From positions 12,260 to 76,259 of the forward strand of contig VBEE01000035.1 of NCBI GenBank assembly GCA_005881715.1: a DNA stretch of 64,000 nt, in the 5' to 3' direction. Position 1 is the first letter of the stretch; each line of letters begins with the position of its first letter. The translations under genes and the position numbers were made by a program. The DNA comes from Chloroflexota bacterium. Its GTDB lineage: Bacteria; Chloroflexota; Dormibacteria; CF-121. Below are positions 17,869 to 27,676 of the stretch, in pieces. The notes beneath the pieces are model-generated. The model was given only the letters and a program-made list of their open reading frames with translations. It was not told the origin of the DNA and ran no database searches.

Positions 17869-18852
17869 CTAGGGGAACTGCTGCTTTGCCAGTGGGCGCA
17901 CGGCATGGGTGTGCCCGACCGGTCGCCAGCGAACCGCCACGACGGCATCGCGGACGATGGCCAGCATCTCGTCGGCAGGCCCGCCGACCCACGGCACCGG
18001 GGCTCGGGGCCCTGTCCCGGGCGGTGCGTTGCTCGCATCCGAGTTCACGCGTCGTAGCGTGTAGATGTAGCGTCGCCGGCCGCGGTAGCTGAAGTAGGGC
18101 GGCTGATCGGGATGGCCGGCGCGCACCAGCCGGTCGATCTGCGCAAACGGCTGATCCCAGTCGATCCCAACCTGACGGACTGGGGGGTCGTACGTCCCCG
18201 GTTTAAGCTCGTAAGGAACCGGGTCCGCCTTACCCGCTTTCACCGCGTCGAGCGTCTCGTTGAGCGCGGAAAGACCTTCCGCAACCAGCCGCTTGCTGAG
18301 GCTGCCGGCGGTATCGCTGTCGAAGACATCGACACGGCGCTGGGCCAGGATCGGACCGGCATCGATCCGCGGCTCGGTGAGGTGCACCGTGATCCCCGCC
18401 TCGCGGTCGCCATTGGCGATGGTCCAGTAGATGGGCTCCGGCCCTCGGTGCCGTGGCAGCAGCGAGGGATGGATATTCAGCCATCCACGTGACGGCACGG
18501 CCAGCGTATCCGGCGCCAGGATCTGGTCGAAGCTTGCCATCACGACCAGGTCGGGCTGGTACGCCTTAAGGGAACGCACGAAGGTTTCGGCATTGGCATT
18601 GGCCGTGATCTCGACGGGACGGCCGAGATGGCCGGCAATGCGCGCGATCAGGTCCATCTTGGGATGGGTCCGTTGCCATCGCGTGCTACAGACGGCGGCC
18701 ACGAGGTTGACGCGTTTCTCGATCAAGTGCAACAGAAACGCCGTACCGTAGTCGGACGGGATGCCGCAGAAGACGACTCTAAGCCCGCGCTCGTCAAGTC
18801 GCGGCCCACTGTACGGGCCGCGGGGCACCGCTTCGTAATCGATCGGCACCAT
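17869..18852 (-). CDS. Formyltransferase-family protein (methionyl-tRNA formyltransferase-like)
   Basis: 'LRVVFCGIPSDYGTAFLLHLIE' N-terminal fold and catalytic motif 'NIHPSLLPRHRGPEPIYWTIANGDREAGITVH'. Start at 'MVPIDYE'. The upstream part of the track ORF is Arg/Pro-rich junk. Confidence 0.7.
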   Translation of the reverse strand: MVPIDYEAVPRGPYSGPRLDERGLRVVFCGIPSDYGTAFLLHLIEKRVNLVAAVCSTRWQRTHPKMDLIARIAGHLGRPVEITANANAETFVRSLKAYQPDLVVMASFDQILAPDTLAVPSRGWLNIHPSLLPRHRGPEPIYWTIANGDREAGITVHLTEPRIDAGPILAQRRVDVFDSDTAGSLSKRLVAEGLSALNETLDAVKAGKADPVPYELKPGTYDPPVRQVGIDWDQPFAQIDRLVRAGHPDQPPYFSYRGRRRYIYTLRRVNSDASNAPPGTGPRAPVPWVGGPADEMLAIVRDAVVAVRWRPVGHTHAVRPLAKQQFP

Positions 18853-18941
18853 TGAGAACTCCGCCTTCGACCAGATCTGCTTGGCCAGGTCGTCCAGCCA
18901 GGGGTCTTCGAATGGACGTGGTTGGGCGAGGGCGGCCCCAC

Positions 18942-20309
18942 TCACGCCATGGCTCGGCGGACGACGGGCGGCTTTTGCCCCTCGTCGCCGTAGGCCCACC
19001 CAAGCAGGTCCATCACGTGGACCACCGGGATGTCCCGGCCGGCCCGCTGCAGCCCCATGGAAATCTGGAGGATGCAGCCGGGATTGGCAGAAGCGATCAG
19101 CTGCGCACCCGAGTCGATGATGTGCGCAATCTTCCAGGCGAGGGCGTCCTCGGAAATCTCCGGGTGGGTCAGGTTGTAGACCCCGGCAGAGCCGCAGCAC
19201 CAGTCAGACTCCTTCATCTCGACGAGCTCGAGGCCGGGGATCATCTTCAGTGCCTGCCGCGGCTGCTGATGCACCTTCTGGCCGTGCACCAGATGACAGG
19301 GATCCTGGTAGGCGACCCGCAACGTGATCCGGCGGGTGGGCGGCTGTAGCCCCAATTCCACCAGGAATTCCGATGCGTCTTTCACGGTTCGCGAGAAGGC
19401 GAGGCCCGCCTCGCGCCGCTGCGCGTCGTTGCGCAGCTGCAGCTCGTATTCCTTCATGTTCGAACCACAGCCGGCGGCGTTGACCACAACGGCGTCGAGC
19501 TGCTGGCCGGAAAAGGCATCCATGGTGCGAGCCGCCAACCGCTCCGCCGTTTTAGCCTCGCCGGCGTGCGAAGCCAGGGCCCCGCAGCAAACGCGCGCCT
19601 CCGGCACCACCACGTCGCAGCCGTTGCGCGCCAGGGCGAGAGCGGTGCGCCGGTTGGTTCCGTGGAACATCTCGTCCTGGATGCACCCGGTCAGCAAGCC
19701 GACGCGGGCGCGGCGCTGGCCCTGTGCCGCCGTCAGCGCTGGGAGCGGCTGCCGGCGCGGTGTGCGGTCGCCGACCGGCGGGAACGCCGCGAACTTGCCG
19801 AGCGGCAGCACTTTCCAGGCCCCACTCCGGCGCAGGAGCCCGGGGAGGCGCGCAGCGCGGGCCGCGCGGTAGAGCCAGCCGGCGATCCGCAAGCGGCGGG
19901 GATGCGGCAACAGTCCATTGAGGAGGATGGCTCGCACCATCCGGTCCCGTCGGTTCTGTGGCGGCGTCATGGCGCGGGCCATCTCCATCACCGCCCCAAA
20001 CTGGACACCTGACGGGCAGGCCGTCTCACAAGCCCGACAGTTAAAGCACTGATAAATATGCGCCTGGAATCGCGGGTCATCGAAGGCCACCAGTCCGAGC
20101 GCGGCCTCTTTGATCTGCCACATCCGTCCCCGCGGACTGTCCCCCTCGTGATGCAGCGTTCGGAAGGTTGGACACTTCGGCAGACAGAGACCGCAGTGGA
20201 TGCAGTCGCGCACCAGGTCCATGTCGATGCCCGCGGCCGGGCTGGGAACGCCATCGCGGTCGATCTGGCGCTTGAAGTCGAGTGAGGCCAGCTCTGCCAT
20301 GCGACTCAA
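18942..20309 (-). CDS. glcF: Glycolate oxidase iron-sulfur subunit
   Basis: Two ferredoxin-type clusters 'CIHCGLCLPKCP' and 'CFNCRACETACP', plus C-terminal CCG-domain cysteines ('WCCGSAG'). Confidence 0.85.
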   Translation of the reverse strand: MSRMAELASLDFKRQIDRDGVPSPAAGIDMDLVRDCIHCGLCLPKCPTFRTLHHEGDSPRGRMWQIKEAALGLVAFDDPRFQAHIYQCFNCRACETACPSGVQFGAVMEMARAMTPPQNRRDRMVRAILLNGLLPHPRRLRIAGWLYRAARAARLPGLLRRSGAWKVLPLGKFAAFPPVGDRTPRRQPLPALTAAQGQRRARVGLLTGCIQDEMFHGTNRRTALALARNGCDVVVPEARVCCGALASHAGEAKTAERLAARTMDAFSGQQLDAVVVNAAGCGSNMKEYELQLRNDAQRREAGLAFSRTVKDASEFLVELGLQPPTRRITLRVAYQDPCHLVHGQKVHQQPRQALKMIPGLELVEMKESDWCCGSAGVYNLTHPEISEDALAWKIAHIIDSGAQLIASANPGCILQISMGLQRAGRDIPVVHVMDLLGWAYGDEGQKPPVVRRAMA

Positions 20310-21568
20310 ATGCCACCGACGAACCGGCCGGGGTTGAGGATGCCGTTCGGGTCAAGAGCTTGTTTGAGCGCGCGCATGATCGGGAAGCCGGGTGGGGGCG
20401 GTCCCCAGACGTCGAGCCCCTTTTTGACCACGGCCGGGGCCGCCGCCACAATGACCTGGCCCTGGTCGCCACCAGCGGTTCGCAGCCGCTGGAGGGTTGA
20501 TGCCGCAGAGCCGGGGGCGACTCGTGCGTCGACCAGGCCCGCCCCAGGCAGGGCCATCATGCGGGAATCCGGGGGGAGGGCGTTGAGGATCGCGTGGATT
20601 GACGTCAGCGGAACGATGGCGCGTACGACGACGTGGTCATCATCGGGCGCTGACCAGTCGCGGGCGGTCTCCCAAAAGGTGGACGGAACATCGCCCTCCT
20701 CCACCCGGCCGCCGGCATCGCGGATGATCCCGGTCGCCTTGTTCCGCGCCGCCTCCACCTCCCGGGCATAACCCTCCAGCTTGAGTGCCAGCGTCCATCG
20801 CCAGTCGGCCGCGAGCCCGCAGTCCCTCAGCGCTCCCTGGTCGAGCACGAGCGCGGCGGCCGGTGCCAGATACTGGCGCGCCAGCGCTATGCCGCAGTCG
20901 ATCGCCGGGGCGAGCATCTCGAAATGCGCGAGCAGCGTCGCCTCGACCTGCGGTCGGGTCTGAACCTTGAAATTCACCTCGGCGATGACGCCCAGCGTGC
21001 CAAGCGCGCCGATGTGCAACTTCATCAGGTCATATCCGGCGACGTTCTTCACCACCTTGCCACCGGCTCGGGCCAGCTTCCCCGACGGGTAGGCGACGGC
21101 GATGCCGATGACCCAGTCGCGCACCGTGCCGTAGCGCGCGCGCCCGAGGCCGTTGGCGTTGGCCGCCAGCATCCCGCCTACGGTGGCCCGCTCCGGATGG
21201 GGCGGCTCCAGCGGCAGACGCTGCCCCTGCGCCAGCAGCGACTCCTGCAAGTCCTGCAGCCGCATGCCGGCCTCGACCCGGCAGGTGAGGTCGGCGGGCT
21301 CATACTCCAGCAGGCGGGTCATCCGCTCCGTGGAGAAAGCGACCTCGTAGCGGCGCGGCGTGGCGCCAAGCCGCATTTGCGTCCCGCCGCCCCAGGTCAC
21401 GACGGCGGCGGGGACCAGGTCACAGAGCCGCAGTCCGCGCGCCGCATCCTGTGCATCAGCGGGACGCATCACCCTGGACGGCAGCAGATCGTCGACACGA
21501 AACTCTTGCTGTTCCTCGACCGTGATCTCATGCCCGGGCAGCGTCGCCACGCGCGCGTTCAGACCCAT
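20306..21568 (-). CDS. glcE: Glycolate oxidase FAD-binding subunit
   Basis: FAD-binding PCMH-type domain ('VVTWGGGTQMRLG', 'VKNVAGYDLMKL') in operon position between glcD and glcF. Start at 'MGLNARVATL'. Confidence 0.8.
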   Translation of the reverse strand: MGLNARVATLPGHEITVEEQQEFRVDDLLPSRVMRPADAQDAARGLRLCDLVPAAVVTWGGGTQMRLGATPRRYEVAFSTERMTRLLEYEPADLTCRVEAGMRLQDLQESLLAQGQRLPLEPPHPERATVGGMLAANANGLGRARYGTVRDWVIGIAVAYPSGKLARAGGKVVKNVAGYDLMKLHIGALGTLGVIAEVNFKVQTRPQVEATLLAHFEMLAPAIDCGIALARQYLAPAAALVLDQGALRDCGLAADWRWTLALKLEGYAREVEAARNKATGIIRDAGGRVEEGDVPSTFWETARDWSAPDDDHVVVRAIVPLTSIHAILNALPPDSRMMALPGAGLVDARVAPGSAASTLQRLRTAGGDQGQVIVAAAPAVVKKGLDVWGPPPPGFPIMRALKQALDPNGILNPGRFVGGI

Positions 21569-23037
21569 ACGTCGTCGCCTCCTATGCCGGCGGCCGCCCG
21601 TCGTGATGCGTGGTCCGGCGCTCTCGACGGCGCCGAACCCTCGAGCACTTCGCCCGGAAAGACCTTCCCCGGATTCATCAGGCCGTGCGGATCGAACACA
21701 CGACGGATCCGATCCATCACCTCGAGATCGTCGTCCGAAAAGACGTACCGGATGTTCTCCCGCTTCTCCAGCCCGATGCCGTGTTCGCCGGTCACCGATC
21801 CACCGGCGTCCGCGCATAGTTTCAAGATCTCGTCGCCGATCCGTAGGACGGCCTCGTACTGGCCGGGCTTGAAGGCGTCGAACAGCACGAGGGGATGCAA
21901 GTTACCGTCACCTGCATGAAAGACGTTGCAGATCTTGAAGCCGGTACGCGCACTGATGGCATCGATCTTCGCCAGCGTTTCCGGCAACCTGGTGCGTGGC
22001 ACCACGCCGTCCATGACGTAGAAGTCCGGCGACAACCGGCCCATCGCCGAGAACGCCCCCTTCCGTCCCTTCCACAATGCCTGGCGCTCTGCCTCGTCCT
22101 TGGCGACGCGGACCTCGGTCGCCCCACTCTCGCGGCAGGCTTTCGCCATCCGCTCCCCTAATTCATCCACCAGTTCCGGGATCCCATCGACCTCGAGCAA
22201 AAGGACCGCGCCGGCATCCAGCGGGTAGCCGGCATGCGATGCGGCCTCGATCGCCTGGATCGATAGCTTGTCCATCATCTCGATCGCTGCCGGAAGAATG
22301 CCACTTCGGACGATGGCGGAAACCGCGTTACTCGCGGTTTCGACGTCGGGGTAGACCGCCATCAGCGTCTTCTGCACCGGCGGGAGCGGCTGGATCTTGA
22401 CCCAGATCTTGGTGGCGATCCCCATGGTGCCCTCCGACCCGACGAACAGTCCGGTCAGGTCGTATCCGCTCGCGGCGGCGGCCTTGCGGCCGCCCACCTG
22501 CACCAGTGCGCCAGACGGAAGCGCGAGCTCGAGTCCGGTCACGTGGTTGACGGTGACGCCGTAGAGGAGGGTATGGGGACCGCCGGCATTGGTGCCGACG
22601 TTGCCGCCGATAGTGCAGGCGCCCTGACTCGATGGGTCCGGAACGTAGTAATAGCCGAGCGGTTTCAGGGCCTGGCTCAGGGCCAGGTTGACGACACCGG
22701 GCTCCACCACCGCACGCTGATTGTCCGGATCGATCTCCAGGATCCGATCCATCCTGGCGAACGTGATCACGACGCCGTGCTCAACCGGCACCGTCCCGCC
22801 GGCCAGGCTGCTGGCGGCGGAGCGGGCGGTGATGGGCACCTGCGCGTCGGCGCAGATCTTGACCACCCGCGCCACGTCGGCGGCCGTTCCAGGGATCACC
22901 ACAATGTCGGGTAGGGCGGTCTCGGGGCTGGCGTCGTACTGGTAGAGCCGCATCTCATAAGGATCGGCGAAGGCGTAGCGCTCGCCGACCACCCCGCGAA
23001 GCCGGGCCAGCAGTTGTTCGCGATCGGCCGCATCCAT
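21559..23037 (-). CDS. glcD: Glycolate oxidase subunit GlcD (FAD-linked oxidase)
   Basis: FAD-linked oxidase N-domain ('VVIPGTAADVARVVKICADAQVPITARSAASSLAGG') and C-terminal domain ('VTGEHGIGLEKR'). Confidence 0.9.
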   Translation of the reverse strand: MDAADREQLLARLRGVVGERYAFADPYEMRLYQYDASPETALPDIVVIPGTAADVARVVKICADAQVPITARSAASSLAGGTVPVEHGVVITFARMDRILEIDPDNQRAVVEPGVVNLALSQALKPLGYYYVPDPSSQGACTIGGNVGTNAGGPHTLLYGVTVNHVTGLELALPSGALVQVGGRKAAAASGYDLTGLFVGSEGTMGIATKIWVKIQPLPPVQKTLMAVYPDVETASNAVSAIVRSGILPAAIEMMDKLSIQAIEAASHAGYPLDAGAVLLLEVDGIPELVDELGERMAKACRESGATEVRVAKDEAERQALWKGRKGAFSAMGRLSPDFYVMDGVVPRTRLPETLAKIDAISARTGFKICNVFHAGDGNLHPLVLFDAFKPGQYEAVLRIGDEILKLCADAGGSVTGEHGIGLEKRENIRYVFSDDDLEVMDRIRRVFDPHGLMNPGKVFPGEVLEGSAPSRAPDHASRRAAAGIGGDDVWV

Positions 23038-23047
23038 CCTGTTAAAG

Positions 23048-23135
23048 CCTACCCCCCATCCCGACCCTCCCCCACGAGGGGGGAGGGAGATTACGCCCCC
23101 ACCCTGCCCTCCCCCGCAAGGGGAAGGATTATTGC
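23048..23135. repeat. Second locus of the GC-rich palindromic repeat family (two tandem units), intergenic between lctP/glcA and glcD
   Basis: 'ccctcccccacgaggggggaggg' is a palindrome. It is followed by 'gcccccaccctgccctcccccgcaagg', which is nearly identical to unit A at 13745. Confidence 0.7.
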
Positions 23136-23136
23136 G

Positions 23137-25056
23137 CTAACTGAGCGTCGGGATGATCCCCGGGATCAGGTAGACCTGGATCATGGCGACCAGGCCGACT
23201 GCCGCAGTGAGGATCAGGCTGTACCCGATGGTGCGTCGGAAGATCTCGCCCTCCGCACCCACCCGATTGACACCCGCCGCGCCAACCGAGAGGTTCTGCG
23301 GGCTGATCATCTTGCCCATCACACCACCAGAGGAATTCGTCCCGGCCGTCAGGATCGGATTCAAATGGTGGCCGCTGATCACGATTTGTTTTGCGGTGAA
23401 CGCCTGCATCGGACCGAACAGCGTATTGGACGCCGTGTCGCTTCCGGTCAAAAAGACTCCGAGCGCGCCGATCACCGCGGAGAAGAAGGGGAAGACGGCG
23501 CCGGTTTTTGCCATCAGCAAGGCAAGCGTCGACGTCATGCCGGAGAAGTTCATGACCGCGGCGATGCCCAGGATGAACGCGATCGTCATGATGGGTAGCG
23601 CCAGCTGGCGCAGCGTTCGGCCATATGTCGTGAAGAACAGGCGCAGGGGCGCCCCGCGGATCGCCATTACGAAGAACGCGATGATCGAGGCGAAAAGCAC
23701 GAGGCTGCCGGCTGCCGACAGGAAGTCCCAGGTGAAGGTGATGGGGTAGGCGGTCGACTTGGTCACGATCTGCGGTTCCTGGAAGATCTCGGGCTTGGGC
23801 TTGGCCGACGTGCCGCTGTAGCTGCCCGGCCACTGGAACCGCCAGAACGGAAACTTGAAAGCACCGGCATCCTTCGTCGCAGTGGGCCCGATCCACGGAT
23901 TCGGGCAGAGTTTGTATGCCGGCTGGCCGCACTTGAAGTCGGCGGTGATGTTTGCCGGGGTGTGCAGCGCATTCTTGACATTGCCCGCTGGACTCCCGGA
24001 AAAGAACGGAAGGTTGCCCATCTGGCCGATCAGGATGACCACGACCAGGATGACGTACATCATGTAGGCGCGCACGATCCGGCCGGGCGGATCGACGACC
24101 TCAGCAACCGCGGCGCCCACGCTTCGAAGCCTGGCGGTCGCGCCGGCCGGCACCGCCCCGCGATCGGCGGCAAATCCCCACAGCGCCCGCGGCTTCCAGA
24201 CGCGAAGTAACAGGGCGACGGCGGCCATCGAGACCAACGCGGCGAGCACGTCGGTGAGCTCGGGGCCGATGAAGTTCGAGACCAGGAATTGGACCACCGC
24301 GAAGACGACCCCGGCGGTTAGAACCGCCGGCAAAACCTCGAGCATTCGCCTCCAGCCGGCGAGGACGACGATCAGGAAGGCGGGGATGATGATGGAGAAC
24401 ACCGGGAGTTGCCGGCCGACCATGGCCGAAAGCGCGAGCGTCACTGGCGTCTGGTCGGCTGCGCCGTGGCCGATGATGGGCGCGGTCAGCAGCCCGAGGG
24501 TGACCACCGGAATGCCGATCGAGCCGAACGCTACCGGCGCGGTGTTGGCAAGCAGAGCGAGCACCGCCGCGCTGATGGGCTCGAACCCAAGGCTGGCAAG
24601 GATCGCCGCCGAGATGGCGACCGGAGCGCCAAAGCCGGCGATGCCTTCCATCAGAGCGCCAAAGCAGAACGCCACCAGCAGGGCCTGGACCCGCCGGTCT
24701 TCGGTCAACCGGGTGAGCGACCGCCGGATGACATCGAAGTCGCCGCTGGCGATGGTCAGGTTGTGGAAGAAGACCGCATTGAGCACGATCCAGCTGATTG
24801 GCCACAGACCATTGGCCATCCCCTCGGTGGTCGCCGAGACATCGAGCCCCACCGGCATGCCCCAGACCAGCGCAGCGAGCACAGCCGCGGAGAGCATCGC
24901 AACCAGTGCCGACAGCCAGGCCGGCAGGCGCATGACGGCCAGCATGATGAAGAGGATGTAGAGTGGGACCCCGGCGATCAACGCCGAAAGCGCGATATTG
25001 CCGCTGACCGGGTCGTAGACCTGATGAAACGCGAGGATCGCAAGCGCCTCGTTCAT
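23137..25056 (-). CDS. glcA: L-lactate/glycolate permease (LctP family)
   Basis: The polytopic LctP-family translation starts at 'MNEALAILAFHQVYDPVSGNIALSALIAGVPLYILF', with a GGAGG Shine-Dalgarno 6 nt upstream. The remaining ~260 codons of the track ORF are antisense to the neighbouring gene and were rejected. It carries an extra Cys-containing loop ('FKCGQPAYKLCPNPW'). Confidence 0.85.
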   Translation of the reverse strand: MNEALAILAFHQVYDPVSGNIALSALIAGVPLYILFIMLAVMRLPAWLSALVAMLSAAVLAALVWGMPVGLDVSATTEGMANGLWPISWIVLNAVFFHNLTIASGDFDVIRRSLTRLTEDRRVQALLVAFCFGALMEGIAGFGAPVAISAAILASLGFEPISAAVLALLANTAPVAFGSIGIPVVTLGLLTAPIIGHGAADQTPVTLALSAMVGRQLPVFSIIIPAFLIVVLAGWRRMLEVLPAVLTAGVVFAVVQFLVSNFIGPELTDVLAALVSMAAVALLLRVWKPRALWGFAADRGAVPAGATARLRSVGAAVAEVVDPPGRIVRAYMMYVILVVVILIGQMGNLPFFSGSPAGNVKNALHTPANITADFKCGQPAYKLCPNPWIGPTATKDAGAFKFPFWRFQWPGSYSGTSAKPKPEIFQEPQIVTKSTAYPITFTWDFLSAAGSLVLFASIIAFFVMAIRGAPLRLFFTTYGRTLRQLALPIMTIAFILGIAAVMNFSGMTSTLALLMAKTGAVFPFFSAVIGALGVFLTGSDTASNTLFGPMQAFTAKQIVISGHHLNPILTAGTNSSGGVMGKMISPQNLSVGAAGVNRVGAEGEIFRRTIGYSLILTAAVGLVAMIQVYLIPGIIPTLS

Positions 25057-25140
25057 GACGAGGTTACCTCCTTCCCCCGCTTCGCTTTCCGATCTAAGGG
25101 TTACATATCGTGGCGTCGGCGCGCCACAATTGGCGGGGGG

Positions 25141-26250
25141 ATGGCAGAGACGACGAGGCCGGCAGCTGCCGTGGATGCGCCTCCGGTCCGGGCCGAGGAC
25201 TTCGAAGTTGCCGCGCGGGCAATCCTGCCCAAAGCGATCTACGACTACTTTGCCGGCGGCGCTGAGGACGAAGCCGCCATCGCCGGGAATCGGGAGGCCT
25301 TTGCCCGCTGGCGGTTTCGATACCACGTGCTGACCGGGGCGTCGGAGCCCGATCTCGGCCTCGAGCTGTTCGGCCGGCGCCTGGCCATGCCCGTCCACCT
25401 GGCCGCGGCCGCCACACAGAAAATGGCTCATCCGCAGGGCGAGCTGGGCGCGGCAACCGCCGCGACGGCGGCGGGCGTGGTCTACTGCCTGAGCACGCTC
25501 TCCACCACCTCGCTGGAGGAGGTCGCCACCGCGCAGGGCGTGCGCTGGTTCCAGCTTTACGTGTTCAAAGACCGCGGCATCACGACCGAGTTGGTGGACC
25601 GGGCGGAGGCGGCCGGGTACCAGGCGATCGTCCTGACCGTGGACACCCCGATGCTGGGGCGGCGCGAGCGTGACTTCCGTAACGCCTTCGGCATGCCCGC
25701 CGGTTTTTTGTACGAGAACCTGGTTGGGCCCCTCGCCAGGACTGGGCCGGTAGACGTGGGGCAATCCGCGCTTGCCGAGTACTTCAGCTTCCAGCTGGAC
25801 CACGCGCTGACGCTTAAGGACCTGGAATGGCTCGCTGGTCACACCCGCCTACCGGTGCTGGTCAAGGGCGTGGTGCGGCCAGACGATGCCCGGCGCAGTC
25901 TGAGCGCCGGCGCCAGAGGTGTGATCGTCAGCAACCACGGCGGCCGCCAGCTCGACTACTCGATCGCCACGCTGGACGCCCTGCCGGCGGTAGTCGACGA
26001 GGTCGGCGGCGAGGTGCCCGTGTTGCTCGATGGCGGCGTCCGACGAGGCACCGACGTGCTGAAGGCGCTGGCGCTCGGGGCGCGCAGTGTCATGATCGGC
26101 CGCCCTTACCTGTGGGCGCTGGCGGTTGGTGGCAGCGATGCCGTCCGCCAGCTTCTCGAGATATTGCGGGAGGAGATCGCCGTGTCGATGAGCCTGCTCG
26201 GCGCCCGTCGCCTGGACGAGTTGACCCCGGACCTGCTGGCAGGGCCCTAG
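25141..26250 (+). CDS. FMN-dependent alpha-hydroxy acid dehydrogenase/oxidase (LldD/glycolate oxidase/LOX family)
   Basis: Family motifs 'SNHGGRQLD', 'VLLDGGVRRGTDVLKALALGA' and N-terminal 'ILPKAIYDYFAGGAEDE'. The start ATG at 25141 is in frame with the track ORF. The upstream part of that ORF is antisense to lctP. Confidence 0.85.
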   Translation: MAETTRPAAAVDAPPVRAEDFEVAARAILPKAIYDYFAGGAEDEAAIAGNREAFARWRFRYHVLTGASEPDLGLELFGRRLAMPVHLAAAATQKMAHPQGELGAATAATAAGVVYCLSTLSTTSLEEVATAQGVRWFQLYVFKDRGITTELVDRAEAAGYQAIVLTVDTPMLGRRERDFRNAFGMPAGFLYENLVGPLARTGPVDVGQSALAEYFSFQLDHALTLKDLEWLAGHTRLPVLVKGVVRPDDARRSLSAGARGVIVSNHGGRQLDYSIATLDALPAVVDEVGGEVPVLLDGGVRRGTDVLKALALGARSVMIGRPYLWALAVGGSDAVRQLLEILREEIAVSMSLLGARRLDELTPDLLAGP

Positions 26251-26279
26251 CGACCGCCGGTAGTTGCTGCGCCCTCCGC

Positions 26280-27191
26280 TCAGGCGCCCGAGGCGGTTTC
26301 CCGGGCGACGCTGTCGAGAATGGGCTGGACTGTCTTTGCCTGCCAGGCGGCGGCCCCGTTCTGGGCGGCCGCGAACGTCGCGGCGAGCTGATCGCGGGCG
26401 GCGGCCAGCGTTCGGCCGGCCTGCTGAGCCTGCTGTGTCTGATTGGCGGCTGAGGCGAGGCTGTACTGCTGCGCGGAGATGGCGACCCCCAGCATGGCAT
26501 CGACCCACTTGGCCCAGAGCGGATCAAGGAGCGCTTCCGGGTCTCCCGCCGGACTCTGCTGGGACTTGAGATCCGTCGCGATCGTCGATGCCGTTCGGGC
26601 CGCGTTGGTCCAGTCCCGGGCGTTGAGGCTCGCGTTCATACTGACAAGGCTCTGCGAGTTCTGGCTCATATGCTCGGCGAGCGTGAGCTGCAAGGTGGCC
26701 GCGTGGGACAGTTTGATGGACGTGGTCAGCGCTTTTTCGAGGTGCTGCGCGGCGGCCCTATCGGGCGCGATGAACGTCGGGGCGTGAAACTGGAACGGTA
26801 GGCCGTCCGCCTGCGCCATGTAGGCCTGGGCAGCCTGGACATGGCTGAGCGCTTCGTCTGCCGACCGTTCGGTACGCTTCGCGAGGGCCAGGTCCTCGGA
26901 CATGCGAGCGGCGGTCAGGCCCATGCTGCCCTTTGGCGACAACTCGGCCCAGAGCCCGGCGACCGCCGTGTTGACGTCGGCAGTGCCCTTCCGCGCCAGC
27001 ACCAGTTCGTTACCCTCCATCTCGGCCAGCTTGGCAACCTGCTGTGGCAGCAGCACTTCCAGGAAGGCGCCAATCGCCCCGACGGCCACCAGGAAGACGA
27101 GTAAGGCAAAGATCCGCGTGCCCCAGGAGACCCGGCGGGCCGGCCGGAACACTCGGCGCGCCGGAGCCGGTCTTGGGAGGGCCACGAACAA
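26280..27191 (-). CDS. Hypothetical membrane-anchored protein (N-terminal TM helix, Ala/Gln-rich helical ectodomain)
   Basis: Single hydrophobic segment 'IFALLVFLVAVGAIGAFL' followed by a low-complexity helical region. I recognise no motif. Confidence 0.5.
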   Translation of the reverse strand: MFVALPRPAPARRVFRPARRVSWGTRIFALLVFLVAVGAIGAFLEVLLPQQVAKLAEMEGNELVLARKGTADVNTAVAGLWAELSPKGSMGLTAARMSEDLALAKRTERSADEALSHVQAAQAYMAQADGLPFQFHAPTFIAPDRAAAQHLEKALTTSIKLSHAATLQLTLAEHMSQNSQSLVSMNASLNARDWTNAARTASTIATDLKSQQSPAGDPEALLDPLWAKWVDAMLGVAISAQQYSLASAANQTQQAQQAGRTLAAARDQLAATFAAAQNGAAAWQAKTVQPILDSVARETASGA

Positions 27192-27352
27192 GTAACGCGG
27201 GCCGTAAGCCTGCTCTTGCCTACCGGCGCCAACCGCGGACGCACCGATCTGTGACGGTCCTGTGGCGGAGTGTCAACCGAGCCCGCTGAGCGCTCGATCG
27301 ACGCGCCGGACCGCTCGCAGCCCTGTGCTAGAGTGAATTTTCCTTCGAAGAA

Positions 27353-27670
27353 ATGGCCTACATCATCACGGAAACCTGCGTCGACCTGAAGGACCGGTCC
27401 TGCGTCGATGTCTGCCCGGTTGACTGCATCATCGACGGTGGGGCCGAGGACCGGATGCTCGTCATCAACCCCGATGAATGCATCGACTGCGGGGCGTGTG
27501 TCGACCCCTGTCCGGTGGCGGCGATCTATCCAGAGGACGAGGTACCGGCGGAGCTGAAGCGATTCATCCCGTGGAATTTCGACTACTTCAAGAGCGATGC
27601 GGACAAGGCTCGGGTTCGCGCCGAGATCAACGCCGCCTATCCCGAAAAGCGCAAAACCGAAGTCGGCTAG
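27353..27670 (+). CDS. fdxA: 7Fe (3Fe-4S/4Fe-4S) ferredoxin, FdxA-like
   Basis: 'MAYIITETCVDLKDRSCVDVCPVDCI' and 'CIDCGACVDPCPVAAI' are the cysteine motifs of FdxA-type ferredoxins. Confidence 0.85.
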   Translation: MAYIITETCVDLKDRSCVDVCPVDCIIDGGAEDRMLVINPDECIDCGACVDPCPVAAIYPEDEVPAELKRFIPWNFDYFKSDADKARVRAEINAAYPEKRKTEVG

Positions 27671-27676
27671 CGCGCT

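Noticed and set aside
24409-25140. N-terminal 244 codons of the 613-aa track ORF
   Set aside because: Antisense to the lctP/glcA permease. The hydroxy-acid oxidase homology begins only at ATG 25141.
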